DNA from: a bacterium
GTDB lineage: Bacteria; Myxococcota_A; UBA9160; UBA6930
NCBI GenBank assembly: GCA_024226235.1
Contig: JAAELW010000079.1
Span: 366 to 64,365 of the forward strand
DNA length: 64,000 bases
Direction of reading: 5' to 3'
A program made the position numbers and the translations under genes. The notes beneath the pieces are model-generated. The model did not search any database and was not told where the DNA came from. It saw only the letters and a program-made list of their open reading frames with translations. This document shows, one piece after another, positions 61,769-64,000 of this stretch; the stretch's first letter is position 1, and every line of letters starts with the position of its first letter.

Positions 61769-63235
61769 ATGACCACCGAATCCACTCCCACCAATCTCCG
61801 CTTCCTGATCATCGGAGCTGGAATGTCCGGAATCCTCAGCGCCATCAAGCTGCGAGAGGCCGGCATCGACAACTTCGCGATCTACGAGAAGGCGGATCGC
61901 CTGGGTGGAACCTGGCGAGAGAACGAGTACGCGGGTGTGGCCTGCGACGTGCCCTCGCATCTCTACAGCTACTCGTTCTCCCCGAACCCGGAGTGGACTC
62001 ATCGCTTCTCGCCCGGCGCCGAGATCCAGGCCTATTTCGAAGAGGTCGCGCGTGGCTACGGCGTGGACTCGCTGATCCAATACGGCAAGGAGATCACCCG
62101 CTGCGAGTACCGGGACGGACGATGGCGAATCGAGATGACCGACGGATCGAGCGACGAAGGCGACTTCGTCATCGCGGCGACTGGCGTCCTCCACCACCCT
62201 GCCTACCCCGACATCGAAGGCCTCGAATCCTTCGGGGGCACGACCTTCCACAGCGCACGTTGGAATCACGACGAGTCATTGAAGGGCAAGCGTGTCGGGC
62301 TCATCGGAACGGGCTCGACCGCGATCCAGATCGTGTCGGCGCTGATCGACGAGGTCGGGGAACTCTCCGTCTTCCAGCGCACCCCCCAATGGGTGCTGCC
62401 CGTCGAGAACACTGCCTACTCCGAGGACGAGAAGGCCGAGTTCCGCAAGAACCCCGCGGCGATGCGGGAGATCCGGGACGAGATCGCTCGCCAGTTCGTC
62501 GATGGCTTCGCCAACATCCTCGGTGACGTGAAATCGCCGCTGCTGGAGCTGATTCACACCACATGCGAGGCCAATCTCAACGACAACGTTCGCGATCCGG
62601 AACTCAAGGAGAAGCTGCGCCCCGACTACAGGGCTGCCTGCAAGCGCCTGATCATGTCTGAGGATTTCTACGATGCCATCCAGAAGCCCAACGCGAAGGT
62701 CGTCGTCGAGGGAATCGAGCGGATCGAGGAATCCGGAGTGCGGACTTCCGACGGACAGCTGCACGAGCTGGACGTACTCATCCTGGCGACTGGGTTCCGC
62801 GTCGATCGTTTCATGCGCCCGATGGAGGTGGTCGGCCGCGGCGGCAAGACTCTCGAAGATGCATGGGACAACGGCCCGATTGCCTACCTGGCGATATCGA
62901 TCCCCGACTTCCCGAACCTCTTCATGCTGAATGGTCCCAACGGACCCGTCGGGAACTTCTCCCTGATCGACGTCGCCGAGCTGCAGTTCTCTTACATCAT
63001 GCAACTGGTCGATCGGGTTCGATCCGGCTCCTGCAAGGAACTCAGCGTCTCGCAAGACGCGATGGATCGCTTCGACGAAGAGCGCAAGAAAGCCGCCAAG
63101 ACGACGATCTGGGCCAGCGGCTGCAAGAGCTGGTATCTCGATGCAGACGGAGTGCCGGCCGCCTGGCCTTGGACGTTCGACCGGTTCCGGCAGGAGATGG
63201 AGGGGCCTCGCCTCGAAGACTACGAGGTGAAGTAA
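61769..63235 (+). CDS. Baeyer-Villiger / flavin-containing monooxygenase (class B)
   Basis: FLIIGAGMSGILSA (FAD), BVMO fingerprint FGGTTFHSARW (FxGxxxHxxxW), and GLIGTGSTAIQ (NADPH). Confidence 0.85.
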   Translation: MTTESTPTNLRFLIIGAGMSGILSAIKLREAGIDNFAIYEKADRLGGTWRENEYAGVACDVPSHLYSYSFSPNPEWTHRFSPGAEIQAYFEEVARGYGVDSLIQYGKEITRCEYRDGRWRIEMTDGSSDEGDFVIAATGVLHHPAYPDIEGLESFGGTTFHSARWNHDESLKGKRVGLIGTGSTAIQIVSALIDEVGELSVFQRTPQWVLPVENTAYSEDEKAEFRKNPAAMREIRDEIARQFVDGFANILGDVKSPLLELIHTTCEANLNDNVRDPELKEKLRPDYRAACKRLIMSEDFYDAIQKPNAKVVVEGIERIEESGVRTSDGQLHELDVLILATGFRVDRFMRPMEVVGRGGKTLEDAWDNGPIAYLAISIPDFPNLFMLNGPNGPVGNFSLIDVAELQFSYIMQLVDRVRSGSCKELSVSQDAMDRFDEERKKAAKTTIWASGCKSWYLDADGVPAAWPWTFDRFRQEMEGPRLEDYEVK

Positions 63236-63308
63236 CTCACCCGAGTGACGGCAGACCCGGGACCACGGGCCCAAGAGGGTCCGATACCCGACGCCTGCTC
63301 CATCTCGC

Positions 63309-64000
63309 TCAGCTGGTCGCCATCAAGAACGAGCCCCGTTTCGGAAAGAGCGCCTCGAGGAGCCCCGGCTCCTTCACCTGGACGTCAGGGAAGGCCGCCT
63401 CCAGCTCCTCGATGGAGCGATGACCCAGGAGCAGGTGAAGGAAGGTGAGATCGGGGAAGGCCGCGTCGCCCGGCTCTTCCGTGCTCGGACGCCATGGCGT
63501 CGCGCGGACGAGACGACCCTTCTGCCATAGAAGACGCACGCCGCTCTTGTAGAAACTCAACGAGAGCGTGCCGTCATGGCCCCCAAAGCACGACTCGGCC
63601 AGGCGAGCTTCGAGCGCCGGTGCCACGTGGAGCAGGAAGCCGGGCAGATCGGCGACCCGCACGTACCAGGCGTAGGGCCGGCGCCGCTTGCCAGCGCCTC
63701 GGAGTACTTCGAATGCCGGGTGATCGGCTCCGAGCGCCAATGCGGCACCGGTGTGCTCGGTCTTGCTGGTCTTTTCCAGCCCGCTCCCGAATTCGCGAAG
63801 GTGGTGCAACGCGGCCATCAGCGGTGGCCTCCAACTGATCCCGTTCGCCACTTCGAGGAAGGGCGTCCAGGTATGCCCGCGGTCGATGAGAATCGGCACA
63901 TGATTGAACACGGCCCGGGGTTCCCCGCTCTCGGTTTCGACGATCTTCAGCGAACGGGTCTGGGTCGTGAGCGGATGACGACCATCGATCTCGAACTTCC
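63309..64000 (-). CDS. Hypothetical protein, 5' end at or beyond the window edge (possibly Eis-like GNAT/SCP2-type C-terminal region)
   Basis: The track ORF 63309..63911 starts at a GTG, but by my reading the same frame stays open to base 63998. Family assignment is a weak impression only. Confidence 0.4.
   Translation of the reverse strand, partial: KFEIDGRHPLTTQTRSLKIVETESGEPRAVFNHVPILIDRGHTWTPFLEVANGISWRPPLMAALHHLREFGSGLEKTSKTEHTGAALALGADHPAFEVLRGAGKRRRPYAWYVRVADLPGFLLHVAPALEARLAESCFGGHDGTLSLSFYKSGVRLLWQKGRLVRATPWRPSTEEPGDAAFPDLTFLHLLLGHRSIEELEAAFPDVQVKEPGLLEALFPKRGSFLMATS

Noticed and set aside
18925-63235. Calling the region a steroid/cholesterol catabolic cluster outright
   Set aside because: Side-chain-type genes are present (ACAD pair, MaoC pair, Ltp-type proteins, DUF35, a racemase-like protein). 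I saw no ring-degrading genes in this window (KstD, KshAB, HsaA-D or TesB-type meta-cleavage genes), so the substrate class is left open between sterol side chains and isoprenoid or methyl-branched acids.
54450-63274. Other long antisense ORFs: 54450..55805 (+), 56290..57369 (+), 60188..61153 (-), 62276..63274 (-)
   Set aside because: Each lies opposite a CDS with strong family motifs (ACAD, CoA-transferase, Ltp-type thiolase, BVMO). None has a recognisable motif or a sensible N-terminus.
1-64000. Looked for CRISPR arrays, tRNA/rRNA genes, transposases, integrases, toxin-antitoxin pairs, restriction-modification or other defence genes
   Set aside because: I found no spaced direct-repeat array, no cloverleaf-like or rRNA-like conserved stretch, and no recombinase, nuclease or methylase-like ORF. 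The intergenic space is too small to hide such elements.
63912-64000. Possible frame switch near 63960 at the window edge. The +1 frame reads KFEIDGRHPLTTQ, which looks more protein-like than the in-frame SSRSMVVIRSRPRTR upstream of the GTG at 63911.
   Set aside because: Only ~30 codons of context remain before the window ends. That is too little to tell a true frameshift or pseudogene from chance in GC-rich sequence, so it is noted in the feature as an uncertain 5' end only.

Overview
GC-rich, densely coding bacterial chromosomal segment with about 55 supportable CDS. Gram-negative hallmarks are a TonB-dependent receptor, an RND pump, a PEP-CTERM protein and lipobox signals. I saw no rRNA, tRNA, CRISPR array, transposase, integrase or phage gene.

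The window is dominated by CoA-thioester lipid catabolism:
- three acyl-CoA ligases
- three acyl-CoA dehydrogenases (ACADs), two of them an adjacent pair
- two paralogous crotonases
- an alpha-methylacyl-CoA racemase-like protein
- a tandem-fused family III CoA-transferase and a family I-type CoA-transferase
- a split MaoC hydratase pair
- a Baeyer-Villiger monooxygenase (BVMO)
- four thiolase-fold proteins, only one or two with an intact nucleophile
- four DUF35 OB-fold domains in three different architectures

Also nearby are a PhyH-family dioxygenase, a ThDP enzyme of the 2-hydroxyacyl-CoA lyase superfamily, a ferritin-like diiron protein with flavin/NAD partners, a WS/DGAT and a malyl-CoA lyase homologue.

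My main hypothesis is a branched-chain (isoprenoid acid or sterol side-chain type) lipid degradation island, with peroxisome-like alpha-oxidation logic and unusual pseudo-enzyme/DUF35 scaffolds.

A separate module at 38.7-41.9 kb has a sigma70-like promoter, a 60-aa Cys-Cys ORF and a perfect 15-bp-stem intrinsic terminator. These precede an ABC exporter with a ~170-aa N-terminal extension and a DUF1854 protein.

Other content:
- an 8-haem cytochrome-TPR lipoprotein next to a TonB receptor
- asd
- an NfeD/tesB pair
- PspC
- a GNAT
- a TetR-controlled RND pump

All functional calls rest on motif and family recognition by eye. Start codons were refined from Shine-Dalgarno (SD) and N-terminal logic and are less certain than stops.
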